From: Escherichia coli | Lineage (GTDB): Bacteria; Pseudomonadota; Gammaproteobacteria; Enterobacterales; Enterobacteriaceae | Length of the DNA stretch: 64,000 bases | Direction: 5' to 3' (one strand) | NCBI RefSeq assembly: GCF_024298765.1 | Contig: NZ_CP101210.1 | Shown here: positions 35,068-45,188 of the stretch, one piece after another | Layout of the letters: each line of letters opens with the position of its first letter | Numbering within the stretch: position 1 is the first letter of the stretch | The notes under the pieces: model-generated | Database searches by the model: none | What the model saw: the letters and a program-made list of their open reading frames with translations, nothing else | Told to the model about the DNA's origin: nothing | Program-made: the position numbers and the translations under genes

Positions 35068-36786
35068 ATGCGTACTAGCCAATACCTGCTCTCCACTCTC
35101 AAGGAGACACCTGCCGACGCCGAGGTGATCAGCCATCAGCTGATGCTGCGCGCCGGGATGATCCGCAAGCTGGCCTCCGGGTTATATACCTGGCTGCCGA
35201 CCGGCGTGCGCGTTCTGAAAAAAGTCGAAAACATCGTGCGTGAAGAGATGAACAACGCCGGTGCGATCGAGGTGTTAATGCCGGTGGTTCAGCCATCTGA
35301 ACTGTGGCAAGAGAGTGGTCGTTGGGAACAGTATGGCCCGGAATTGCTGCGTATTGCTGACCGTGGTGACCGTCCGTTCGTACTCGGCCCAACTCATGAA
35401 GAAGTGATTACAGACCTGATTCGTAACGAGCTGAGCTCTTACAAACAGCTGCCGCTGAACTTCTATCAGATCCAGACCAAGTTCCGCGACGAAGTGCGTC
35501 CGCGTTTCGGCGTCATGCGTTCCCGCGAATTCCTGATGAAAGATGCTTACTCTTTCCATACTTCTCAGGAATCCCTGCAGGAAACCTACGATGCAATGTA
35601 TGCGGCCTACAGCAAAATCTTCAGCCGCATGGGGCTGGATTTCCGCGCCGTACAGGCCGATACCGGTTCTATCGGCGGTAGCGCCTCTCACGAATTTCAG
35701 GTGCTGGCGCAGAGCGGAGAAGACGATGTGGTCTTCTCCGATACTTCTGACTATGCAGCGAACATTGAACTGGCAGAAGCTATCGCGCCGAAAGAACCGC
35801 GCGCTGCTGCTACCCAGGAAATGACGCTGGTTGATACGCCGAACGCGAAGACCATCGCGGAACTGGTTGAACAGTTCAATCTGCCGATTGAGAAAACGGT
35901 TAAGACTCTGCTGGTTAAAGCCGTTGAAGGCAGTAGCTTCCCGCTGGTTGCGCTGCTGGTGCGCGGTGACCACGAGCTGAACGAAGTTAAAGCAGAAAAA
36001 CTGCCGCAGGTTGCCAGCCCGCTGACTTTTGCGACCGAAGAAGAAATTCGTGCCGTGGTTAAAGCCGGTCCGGGTTCACTGGGTCCGGTAAACATGCCGA
36101 TTCCGGTGGTGATTGACCGTACCGTTGCGGCGATGAGTGATTTCGCTGCTGGTGCTAACATCGATGGTAAACACTACTTCGGTATCAACTGGGATCGCGA
36201 TGTCGCTACCCCGGAAATTGCTGATATCCGCAACGTGGTGGCTGGCGATCCAAGCCCGGATGGTCAGGGTACGCTGCTGATCAAACGTGGTATCGAAGTC
36301 GGTCACATCTTCCAGCTGGGTACCAAGTACTCCGAAGCACTGAAAGCCTCCGTACAGGGTGAAGATGGCCGTAACCAAATCCTGACGATGGGTTGCTACG
36401 GTATCGGCGTAACGCGTGTGGTAGCTGCGGCGATTGAGCAGAACTACGACGAACGCGGCATCGTATGGCCTGACGCTATCGCGCCGTTCCAGGTGGCGAT
36501 TCTGCCAATGAACATGCACAAATCCTTCCGCGTACAGGAACTTGCTGAGAAACTGTACAGCGAACTGCGCGCACAAGGTATCGAAGTGCTGCTGGATGAC
36601 CGCAAAGAGCGTCCGGGCGTGATGTTTGCTGATATGGAACTGATCGGTATTCCGCACACTATTGTGCTGGGCGACCGTAACCTCGACAACGATGATATCG
36701 AATATAAATATCGTCGTAACGGCGAGAAACAGTTAATTAAGACTGGTGACATCGTCGATTATCTGGTGAAACAGATTAAAGGCTGA
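35068..36786 (+). CDS. proS: Prolyl-tRNA synthetase
   Basis: Starts [20 protein letters not shown]; the ORF track adds an 18-codon upstream extension that I exclude. Confidence 0.95.
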
Positions 36787-36795
36787 TGCCAGAAA

Positions 36796-36828
36796 GGGTC
36801 CTGAATTTCGGGGCCCTTTTTTACATGG
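36796..36828 (+). terminator. Rho-independent terminator after proS
   Basis: Hairpin GGGTCC-loop-GGGCCC (one G-U wobble) followed by TTTTTT. Confidence 0.55.
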
Positions 36829-36838
36829 ATTGTATAAA

Positions 36839-37663
36839 ATGGATAAACCAAAGGCGTACTGCCGCCTGCTTCTCCCCTGCTTTCTTTTACTTTCGGCCTG
36901 TACCGTTGATATCAGCCAGCCAGACTCATCAGCCACAGTGGTAAATGCCGAGGCGAAAACATGGGCTGTTAAATTCCAGCATCAAAGCTCTTTCACCGAA
37001 CAATCAATAAAAGAAATAACGGAACCAGATCTCAAACCCGGCGATTTGCTTTTCTCCTCAAGCCTTGGGGTAACCTCATTTGGTATCCGCGTATTCAGCA
37101 CTTCCTCTGTGAGTCACGTTGCAATCTATTTGGGAGATAATAACGTTGCCGAAGCGACAGGCGCTGGCGTCCAGATTGTTTCCCTTAAAAAAGCCATAAA
37201 GCATAGTGATAAGCTTTTCGTCTTACGAGTCCCGGATCTTACCCCGCAACAAGCCACAGAAATCACCGCGTTCACCAACAAAATTAAAGATAGCGGTTAC
37301 AACTATCGCGGCATTGTCGAATTTATTCCATTTATGGTGACTCGCCAGATGTGCTCACTAAATCCGTTCTCCGAGGATTTTCGTCAACAGTGCGTCAGCG
37401 GCCTGGCGAAAGCGCAGTTAAGCAGTGTGGGCGAAGGAGACAAAAAGTCGTGGTTTTGTTCGGAATTTGTCACTGATGCATTTGCCAAAGCCGGGCATCC
37501 GCTTACGCTGGCGCAATCAGGCTGGATTAGCCCTGCCGATCTGATGCATATGCGTAGTGGTGATGTCTCTGCATTTAAACCAGAAACGCAGTTACAGTAT
37601 ATTGGGCACCTGAAGCCAGGGATTTATATTAAAGCAAGTCGCTTTGTTGGACTGACTCAGTGA
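36839..37663 (+). CDS. yaeF: Lipoprotein YaeF (NlpC/P60-like)
   Basis: Starts MDKPKAYCRLL; lipobox LSAC. Confidence 0.9.
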   Translation: MDKPKAYCRLLLPCFLLLSACTVDISQPDSSATVVNAEAKTWAVKFQHQSSFTEQSIKEITEPDLKPGDLLFSSSLGVTSFGIRVFSTSSVSHVAIYLGDNNVAEATGAGVQIVSLKKAIKHSDKLFVLRVPDLTPQQATEITAFTNKIKDSGYNYRGIVEFIPFMVTRQMCSLNPFSEDFRQQCVSGLAKAQLSSVGEGDKKSWFCSEFVTDAFAKAGHPLTLAQSGWISPADLMHMRSGDVSAFKPETQLQYIGHLKPGIYIKASRFVGLTQ

Positions 37664-37688
37664 TAAAAGCCAGCCTCGTGCGCAAAAT

Positions 37689-37796
37689 GCCGGATGCGGC
37701 GTGAACGCCTTATCCGGCCTACAAAATCGTGCTAATTCAAAATATTGCATTGTATGCTTTAGGCCTGATAAGCGCAGCGCATGAGGCAATATTTCA
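37689..37796. repeat. REP/BIME repetitive extragenic palindromes
   Basis: GCCGGATGCGGCGTGAACGCCTTATCCGGCCTAC and a second inverted REP-like unit (AGGCCTGATAAGCGCAGCGCAT). Confidence 0.7.
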
Positions 37797-37818
37797 TTTG
37801 TTTCTGTCTCAAGACGGG

Positions 37819-38529
37819 TTACAGCCCCAAACTACTGCAATCCTGGTTTGGGTAAAATTTACCTGCCGTATCGGGCGCTAATACTTTAGTCGGCGCACCG
37901 GTATCGGGATTAGCCTCCAGCGTAAAGTGACCTTCAACTGACAGTAACACTGGTTTTTCACTGTTACCGCGCGCAGCCAGGTAGCCACGCTCCAGCTCTG
38001 CGTTATTCGCCACCATGAAACGTTTTCCGGTCGCGCAATCAGTGAAGGTCGCCGCATCAGCCATATAAAAATACATGCCCCGCAGGGTCATCGGCGTCAT
38101 GGGTAAGCTGGATTGTGCCGGTTCCAGCGTGTAGTTGAACTGCGATTCAATCGGATTACCTTCACGATCGAGCATCTCCAGCGCATCTCCTTTCGCGCGA
38201 TAATATGACTTTTCACCTTTGCTATCGGTTAATACCAGCTTGTCAGCGGTTCGCGCCCATGTACCGTAGGAAGCGAAGGAGGAAGGTTCTTCACGAGCCC
38301 CCAGATAACGCTCATTCATCACCCAGGTTCCGTCTTTTTCGAGGAACAGAGAGGTTTCGATTCCTTCGCAATCAGCACACGGCAGCACGCCACGCCAACT
38401 TTGCGGCATCGGTTTCAGTTCGGCAGCCTGCGCCGGAGAAAGCGTATCGACTTCGGCCCGATTATTACATCCCATCAGAGTAAAGAGGCTGATTACAGCC
38501 ATCGCTGTCACTATCGCTTTTTTCACCAT
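37819..38529 (-). CDS. nlpE: Envelope-stress sensor lipoprotein NlpE (CutF)
   Basis: Lipobox LMGC, CxxC motif; 236 aa. Confidence 0.92.
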   Translation of the reverse strand: MVKKAIVTAMAVISLFTLMGCNNRAEVDTLSPAQAAELKPMPQSWRGVLPCADCEGIETSLFLEKDGTWVMNERYLGAREEPSSFASYGTWARTADKLVLTDSKGEKSYYRAKGDALEMLDREGNPIESQFNYTLEPAQSSLPMTPMTLRGMYFYMADAATFTDCATGKRFMVANNAELERGYLAARGNSEKPVLLSVEGHFTLEANPDTGAPTKVLAPDTAGKFYPNQDCSSLGL

Positions 38530-38542
38530 CCATTCCTTCTTT

Positions 38543-38965
38543 TTATTCCCGACCGCTGCGCACTTTGCCGCGCATCGCCTTCACGCTTGATTTTTGTGCT
38601 TTCGATGCCAGCCTGCGCTCTTTTGATGCACGGGTGGGCCGCGTAGGTCGTCGGGCTTTTTGTTCTGTTGTTAAATCTTTAATCACTGCCACCAGCCGGG
38701 CCAGCGCCGCTTCGCGGTTCAGTTCCTGACTGCGGTATTCCTGTGCCTTAATGACAATCACTCCGTCACTGCTGATCAAATGATGGCTGGCGGCGAGCAG
38801 ACGCTCTTTGTAATACTCTGGCAGGCTGGACGCCCGAATGTCAAAACGCAGATGAATAGCCGTTGAGGTCTTATTAACATGCTGCCCGCCCGCGCCCTGC
38901 GCACGAATGGCGGTGATCTCAAACTCGCCATCAGGGATAGCAACATGTCGGGAAATCACAATCAT
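38543..38965 (-). CDS. arfB: Peptidyl-tRNA hydrolase ArfB (YaeJ), ribosome rescue factor
   Basis: GGQ motif ([10 protein letters not shown]); 140 aa. Confidence 0.92.
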   Translation of the reverse strand: MIVISRHVAIPDGEFEITAIRAQGAGGQHVNKTSTAIHLRFDIRASSLPEYYKERLLAASHHLISSDGVIVIKAQEYRSQELNREAALARLVAVIKDLTTEQKARRPTRPTRASKERRLASKAQKSSVKAMRGKVRSGRE

Positions 38966-39507
38966 GAAGGTTGTTGCCAGACGGTTAAGTTCACTTCCAG
39001 ATTATTCTTATCATCCGATAACCAGATAACACCATCCTGAATCGTTGCCTGCAGCGTCATAGTACGATCGGCAAAGGCGCTCACTTTCGCCAGTTGCTCG
39101 TCGTCCAGATACCAGACGGAAAGATTGGCAAACTGCGCACATTTGCTCTGATTTTGCTGCCACCAGATTTGCGCCGCCCGACTATTATAGGCAAACAGCG
39201 CCACTTCTGCGGCCTGGGTGCAGGCTTTCTTAATCCGCCGCTCATCCGGCAGCCCCAGCTCAATCCACAAATCAATACCCAAATGATCGTTACGCAGCCA
39301 CGCTTCCGGCTCATCATCAGCACACAAACCACGGGTAAATTGCAGACGTTCATCGGCATATTTTAGCCACGCCAGCAGGCGCAGCATCATGCGCTCCTGG
39401 GTTTCTGAAGGATGGCGCGCCAGCGTCAGAGAGGCATCGAGAAACTGGTTGCGGTCGAGATCGGCCACATTAACCGTCGCTTTATAAATTGTCGCTTTAA
39501 GCGCCAT
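38962..39507 (-). CDS. yaeQ: Conserved protein YaeQ
   Basis: 181 aa; synteny. Confidence 0.9.
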   Translation of the reverse strand: MALKATIYKATVNVADLDRNQFLDASLTLARHPSETQERMMLRLLAWLKYADERLQFTRGLCADDEPEAWLRNDHLGIDLWIELGLPDERRIKKACTQAAEVALFAYNSRAAQIWWQQNQSKCAQFANLSVWYLDDEQLAKVSAFADRTMTLQATIQDGVIWLSDDKNNLEVNLTVWQQPS

Positions 39508-39672
39508 AAGAAAACTCCTTTCGAATCAGGAGGCCATTGTAACGGAATACGTGCAGTTGCGGCGCTGATATTGCAGAAATGAGTGTGGTATAGTCACCTT
39601 GCGAAACAGAGTTTATCTTCGTAGGCTTAGACTTGCATCCACGGTTAAGTCAGAGTGCTGACAGGAGGGCAT

Positions 39673-39873
39673 GTGGAAAAATATTGTGAGTTAATACGCA
39701 AGCGGTACGCGGAAATCGCCAGCGGAGACTTAGGATACGTTCCGGACGCGCTGGGCTGCGTTTTGAAAGTGCTGAATGAAATGGCTGCCGACGACGCCCT
39801 TTCTGAGGCTGTCAGGGAAAAAGCAGCATACGCTGCGGCAAACTTACTGGTGAGCGATTATGTCAATGAATGA
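39673..39873 (+). CDS. yaeP: UPF0253 protein YaeP
   Basis: GTG start preceded by AGGAGG; 66 aa. Confidence 0.85.
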
Positions 39874-40120
39874 TACGTATCAACCAATCAATTGTGATGA
39901 TTACGATAATCTTGAGCTCGCCTGCCAGCATCATTTAATGCTGACACTTGAGCTGAAAGATGGCGAAAAATTGCAGGCGAAGGCCAGCGATTTAGTCTCC
40001 CGCAAAAATGTGGAGTATCTGGTCGTCGAGGCCGCTGGTGCAACCCGCGAGCTGCGTCTGGATAAAATTACCAGCTTTAGCCACCCGGAAATCGGTACGG
40101 TGGTGGTGAGCGAGTCCTGA
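39866..40120 (+). CDS. rof: Rho-binding antiterminator Rof
   Basis: Starts [17 protein letters not shown]; 84 aa. Confidence 0.9.
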
Positions 40121-40129
40121 TTGACTTTC

Positions 40130-40162
40130 GCCGGATGCGACGTTTGATGCGTCTTATCCGGC
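40130..40162. repeat. REP element between rof and tilS
   Basis: GCCGGATGCGACG...CGTCTTATCCGGC palindrome; overlaps the 3' end of tilS. Confidence 0.6.
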
Positions 40163-41467
40163 TTTCACTTGACTAAGCGTTTTCTGCCAGACAAAACTGA
40201 CGCCATTCTCACCTACAGCCACACCTTCTTGCGTCACAAATACCCCTGCCGCCGCAATCAGCGTTTCGCCATAAAACAGCAGTGGCGTGGTGTCACGTAG
40301 CCACGGCGGAACGCCTAACTCTTGCCAGATTTTCTTCAGCTTACGTCCGCCGTTGCGCCCGACAATATGCAGCAATCCTGGCGCTTTGAAACGCACGCTG
40401 ACCGCTTCGTCTGCACGCGGAGGGCGAATATCGCCTCCCGCAGTAAGCTGTACACTTCCCAGCCCCGCCGGTAATTCCAGCGGTTGTAGCCACGTCTGCC
40501 ACGGCAGAATGGTTTCGCTTTGCCCAGTGACGGATTTAATCCACCACAGTTGCGACTGATAGCGGCGGATTTCAAACGCACCCAAACGTAAACAGGGGGA
40601 AGCATCTTCTCGCGCCAGCGCCACTTCCTGCCAGATCCTCACCAACGCGTCGCGGGAAGGCATCGGTGCATTCTGCCCTGCCAGCCAGCGGCGGATAATC
40701 GCCGCGCGACGGGCATCGCTCATTGCCACCATTGGCGCAATCTTTAACGTTCCCTGTTGCGTTTGGCAGTGCGCTAAATCATCCGCCAGCAGTTCATCTA
40801 ACAGGCTCTCTTGTTCAGCGCAAAGTGCGGCGCTGCGGGCTGTTGCTTCGGCAAAATGCGGCCAACGCTGCTGCAATAATGGCACTACGCGCAGGCGCAG
40901 AAAGTTACGATCGTATGAGTCATCCTGATTACTTTCGTCTTCAATCCAGCGTAAACCATGCGCTAACGCCCACTGCTCCAGTTCCCCCCGCGTGCGGGCA
41001 AGCAACGGGCGGATAAGCCGTGTTCCGGCAAACTCCGAAACTTCCGCCATAGCCGAAAGCCCGGCAGGGCCGCTACCGCGTTTTAGCGCCAGCAGAAAGG
41101 TTTCACATTGATCGTCGAGATGTTGCGCTGTAACCAGCACTTCACCGGGCAACAAGGTGCGGGCAAATGCCTGATAACGTGCCTGCCGCGCCTGGGCCTC
41201 AATACCTAGCCCCTCTTGCGCAAGCTGCACACGTTCGACCACCAGCGGCACCTGCCACTGTTGGCAGATGTTTTCACAATGTTTCACCCAGGCATCAGCA
41301 TTGGCGCTTAAACCGTGATGCACATGGATAGCGCGCAGAGTGACGCCCGGATTTTCCGTCCGCCACTGCACCAGTTGATGCAGTAAGACAGTAGAATCAA
41401 GGCCGCCGCTAAAGGCCACCAGAATCTGGCGTGAGGAGAGAAGTTGTCTATTGAGCGTGAGTGTCAT
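40154..41467 (-). CDS. tilS: tRNA(Ile)-lysidine synthetase
   Basis: PP-loop SGGLDS; 437 aa. Confidence 0.93.
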   Translation of the reverse strand: MTLTLNRQLLSSRQILVAFSGGLDSTVLLHQLVQWRTENPGVTLRAIHVHHGLSANADAWVKHCENICQQWQVPLVVERVQLAQEGLGIEAQARQARYQAFARTLLPGEVLVTAQHLDDQCETFLLALKRGSGPAGLSAMAEVSEFAGTRLIRPLLARTRGELEQWALAHGLRWIEDESNQDDSYDRNFLRLRVVPLLQQRWPHFAEATARSAALCAEQESLLDELLADDLAHCQTQQGTLKIAPMVAMSDARRAAIIRRWLAGQNAPMPSRDALVRIWQEVALAREDASPCLRLGAFEIRRYQSQLWWIKSVTGQSETILPWQTWLQPLELPAGLGSVQLTAGGDIRPPRADEAVSVRFKAPGLLHIVGRNGGRKLKKIWQELGVPPWLRDTTPLLFYGETLIAAAGVFVTQEGVAVGENGVSFVWQKTLSQVKAG

Positions 41468-41531
41468 GATGGTGCGATTTTACAGTAGCAATGCCGGGCA
41501 CGTTACCGGGCAAATGCGGCGATGACAAGCC

Positions 41532-41921
41532 TTACTGCTCATACAGTTCCAACGGCAGCCCGTCCGGATCGTTAAAGAACGTGAAGCGTTTTTGCGTGTA
41601 GGGATCGACACGGATGGCTTCACACTTCACGTTATGGCTTTCAAGGTGCGCCACTGCCGCATCGATATCATCAACGCTAAAAGCCAGATGACGCAGGCCG
41701 CAAGCTTCCGGTCGGCTGGGGCGCTCCGGCGGGAACGGAAATGAGAAAAGCTCAATCACATATTGCCCATTAAGCGCCAAATCCCCTTTCCACGAGTCGC
41801 GCGCTTCGCGATAGACTTCGCTTTGCAGCGTGAAACCAAGAATATCGCAGTAGAAAGCTTTGCTCATCGCATAATCCGTCGCAATAATCGCAATATGGTG
41901 AACCTGTTTTAAACCCAGCAT
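41532..41921 (-). CDS. yaeR: Glyoxalase/VOC-family protein YaeR
   Basis: Start chosen at MLGLKQVHHIAI; the ORF track adds a 9-codon upstream extension. Confidence 0.85.
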   Translation of the reverse strand: MLGLKQVHHIAIIATDYAMSKAFYCDILGFTLQSEVYREARDSWKGDLALNGQYVIELFSFPFPPERPSRPEACGLRHLAFSVDDIDAAVAHLESHNVKCEAIRVDPYTQKRFTFFNDPDGLPLELYEQ

Positions 41922-41977
41922 AACGTCTCCTTTATTTGTTAACAGCACGTTACTCGCCCGGAAGCCGCTCTGGCAAG

Positions 41978-44119
41978 TTATCCTGCCATTTTTAGGACTC
42001 GTACGCGGTAAACACCGTCTTCGTCCTGTTTCGCGCCGTGAATATCCGTTTCAAAACCGGGGTAATGTTGCCCTACGGAACAAAGCATCAGTAGAAAATC
42101 GAGTACCGTGCGGCTCTCTTCGGTAAGCATTTCTCCCGGCATCAGCAGCGGTACGCCGGGTGGATAAGGCAGGATCATATTTGCCGATACTCTACCGACC
42201 AGTTGTTCCAGCGCAATGGTTTCTACTTCGCCTTTAATCTGTCTCTGCCATGCCTGATGTGGCGTCATGATCATCTCCGGCAAGGTATCAAATGCCCGCA
42301 ACATCAAACCGGGAAGATCGTGTTTACGAATCAGCTTATGGATCCCTTGCGCCAGATCCTGAATACGCATATTGCGGTAGAAATCGGGATCTTCTGCATA
42401 GAGATCGGGCAGCATATTTTTGATCCGCAGGTTGAGATCGTAAGAGCGCTTAAATTCCGTCAACCCACGCAATAATCCCATTGCTTTGGTTTTATCGATG
42501 CCAATACTAAAGAGAAACAGCAGGTTATAAGGGCCGGTTTTCTCTACTACGATCCCACGTTCGTCGAGGAATTTTGCCACCAGCGCCGCCGGGATCCCCT
42601 CCTCGCTCATATTGCCCTGCTCGTCCATCCCCGGTGTCAAAATAGTGACTTTAACCGGATCGAGAAACATGTGATTGGCATCCGCATCGCTAAAGCCGTG
42701 CCACTGTTCGCCAGGCGCAACGGGCCAGCATTCGGCTTCATCCACCTGCGGCGGTTGCCAGATATCGAAAAACCAGCCGTCAGACTCTTCCCGCAGCCGC
42801 TGGACCTCTTTGCGAAAATGCAGAGCTCGTTCTACTGAACGGTTAATCAGCCGTTTGCCCGGATTACCACGCAACATCGCCGCCGCCGTCTCAACAGAAG
42901 CAACAATGGGATAACTGGGCGAGGTGGTGGTATGCATCATAAAGGCTTCGTTAAACGCCTCTTCGTCATACTCACCTTTAATGTGGATCAGCGACGCCTG
43001 CGATAACGCCGCCAGCATTTTGTGGGTCGACTGCGTTTCGAAGATCACTTTTCCTGCAACACGCTCGCCGCTCATACCACTTTTACCCTGGTAGATTGGA
43101 TGAAAATGGGTGTACGGCACCCAGGCAGAATCGAAGTGAATCGACGGGACATCCAGCGTCTGTTTGATCCAGTCGGTGTTGTAGAGCAAGCCATCATAGG
43201 TGGAGTTGGTGATCACCGCATGAACCGGCCATTGTGCCTGCGTGGTGGCAGCGACTTTCTCTTCGATGCTGTCGCGAGTAAATTCACGGCGCGGGATCCC
43301 ACCCAGAATCCCCAACGCATTACGCGTCGGTTTCAGCCAGACTGGCACTACATCGTTCATCATCAACAGATGCGCCAGCGATTTATGACAATTGCGGTCG
43401 ATCAACAGCGTACTGCCGAATGGCGCGGCGTACATACCCACAATTTTGTTCGACGTCGATGTTCCGTTGGTAACGATATAACTCTGTTCCGCGCCAAACG
43501 TCCGCGCGATGTACTCTTCCGCTTCCAGGTGTGGCCCGGTGTGGTCGAGCAACGAACCAAGCTCGGTGACCGAAATAGAGACGTCCGCCTTGAGGGTATT
43601 CCCGCCGAAAAAATCATAAAACAGACAGCCAACCGGGCTTTTTTGATATGCGGTGCCGCCCATATGCCCCGGCGTACAAAAGGTGTACTTCCGCTCTTTG
43701 ACGTAGGTAAACAAGGCTTTCGTGAACGGCGGCGTAATGTTATCAAGATATTCGTTGGTGTACTGACGCATACGAATGGCGATATCTTCCGCCTGCCCCA
43801 GCGCATATTCAAAAAACCAGAGCGCCATCCGCATATCCTGCACGCTGACATCCATCGTCGAGTGGGTGTTGATGAAGGCATAAAGCGGGAGATATTCATT
43901 AAGTTGATTGATATCGCTACATAAATCGAGACTGTACTCATCCCAGTCAAAAATCACGCCGCAAATTCGTGGGTTATGTTCGATAAACTTCAGCAAATCA
44001 ACGCTGTTTTGTGGCCAGATAATCTGAAAGCCTTGCGCCACCAGCGCCGACTCCAGTTCTTTGATGGGCTCATCTTTATAAAAGACGCCATGCGGTCCCA
44101 TAATGGCAATGATGTTCAT
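41978..44119 (-). CDS. ldcC: Constitutive lysine decarboxylase
   Basis: 713 aa; recalled match; synteny next to accA. Confidence 0.95.
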   Translation of the reverse strand: MNIIAIMGPHGVFYKDEPIKELESALVAQGFQIIWPQNSVDLLKFIEHNPRICGVIFDWDEYSLDLCSDINQLNEYLPLYAFINTHSTMDVSVQDMRMALWFFEYALGQAEDIAIRMRQYTNEYLDNITPPFTKALFTYVKERKYTFCTPGHMGGTAYQKSPVGCLFYDFFGGNTLKADVSISVTELGSLLDHTGPHLEAEEYIARTFGAEQSYIVTNGTSTSNKIVGMYAAPFGSTLLIDRNCHKSLAHLLMMNDVVPVWLKPTRNALGILGGIPRREFTRDSIEEKVAATTQAQWPVHAVITNSTYDGLLYNTDWIKQTLDVPSIHFDSAWVPYTHFHPIYQGKSGMSGERVAGKVIFETQSTHKMLAALSQASLIHIKGEYDEEAFNEAFMMHTTTSPSYPIVASVETAAAMLRGNPGKRLINRSVERALHFRKEVQRLREESDGWFFDIWQPPQVDEAECWPVAPGEQWHGFSDADANHMFLDPVKVTILTPGMDEQGNMSEEGIPAALVAKFLDERGIVVEKTGPYNLLFLFSIGIDKTKAMGLLRGLTEFKRSYDLNLRIKNMLPDLYAEDPDFYRNMRIQDLAQGIHKLIRKHDLPGLMLRAFDTLPEMIMTPHQAWQRQIKGEVETIALEQLVGRVSANMILPYPPGVPLLMPGEMLTEESRTVLDFLLMLCSVGQHYPGFETDIHGAKQDEDGVYRVRVLKMAG

Positions 44120-44216
44120 GTGTTCCTCCTGGAAAATCCTTCCTTAATCATAGCCTGCTCAAACCGTGGCGATAAAAAAGGGCCACCGAAGTGACCCTTT
44201 TCAGAACATTTGCCGA

Positions 44217-45176
44217 TTACGCGTAGCCGTAGCTCATCAGGCGCTGATAACGACGATTTTTTAAATCTTCAGTGCTTAACACGTCGAGATCGGCCAGATC
44301 CGCCAGCAGCTGCGCTTTCAGAGACGCCGCCATCGCTTCCGGGTTACGGTGAGCACCGCCCAGCGGTTCCGGGATGATGGAGTCGATCAGTTTCAGCTCT
44401 TTCAGACGCGGAGCGATGATACCCATCGCTTCAGCCGCCAGCGGCGCTTTGTCAGCGCTCTTCCACAGAATGGATGCACAACCTTCCGGCGAGATAACGG
44501 AATAGGTGCTGTATTGCAGCATATTCACTTTATCGCCCACGCCAATCGCCAGCGCACCACCAGAACCACCTTCACCGATAACCGTACAAACTACCGGTAC
44601 GCCGAGGCGAGACATTTCACGCAGGTTGCGTGCAATGGCTTCAGACTGACCACGTTCTTCTGCGCCCACGCCCGGATAAGCCCCCGGGGTGTCGATAAAG
44701 GTGATGATAGGCATCTTAAAACGTTCAGCCATTTGCATCAGACGCAGTGCTTTGCGGTAACCTTCTGGCGCTGGCATACCAAAGTTACGGCGAATTTTTT
44801 CTTTGGTTTCACGACCTTTTTGATGACCAATGATCATCACCGGACGACCATCGAGACGGGCGATACCACCGACGATAGCTTTATCGTCTGCATACGCGCG
44901 GTCGCCAGCCAGTTCGTCAAATTCATCAAATGCCAGGCGAACGTAATCCAGGGTATAAGGACGCTGTGGATGGCGTGCCAGTTGCGCAATCTGCCATGCA
45001 CCGAGATCGGCGAAGATTTTACGCGTCAGTTCTACGCTTTTTTCACGCAGACGATGCACTTCTTCATCGATGTTAATATCCAGTTTCTCATCCTGACGGC
45101 TAACCGCGGTCAGAGAATCGATTTTCGCTTCCAGCTCTGCAATCGGCTGTTCAAAATCAAGGAAATTCAGACTCAT
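44217..45176 (-). CDS. accA: Acetyl-CoA carboxylase carboxyltransferase alpha subunit
   Basis: 319 aa; recalled match. Confidence 0.95.
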   Translation of the reverse strand: MSLNFLDFEQPIAELEAKIDSLTAVSRQDEKLDINIDEEVHRLREKSVELTRKIFADLGAWQIAQLARHPQRPYTLDYVRLAFDEFDELAGDRAYADDKAIVGGIARLDGRPVMIIGHQKGRETKEKIRRNFGMPAPEGYRKALRLMQMAERFKMPIITFIDTPGAYPGVGAEERGQSEAIARNLREMSRLGVPVVCTVIGEGGSGGALAIGVGDKVNMLQYSTYSVISPEGCASILWKSADKAPLAAEAMGIIAPRLKELKLIDSIIPEPLGGAHRNPEAMAASLKAQLLADLADLDVLSTEDLKNRRYQRLMSYGYA

Positions 45177-45188
45177 AGTATTCCTGTA

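Noticed and set aside
43022-43924. 300-aa plus-strand ORF inside ldcC
   Set aside because: Antisense to the lysine decarboxylase gene, with an Arg-rich composition typical of antisense reading of a GC-rich gene; spurious.
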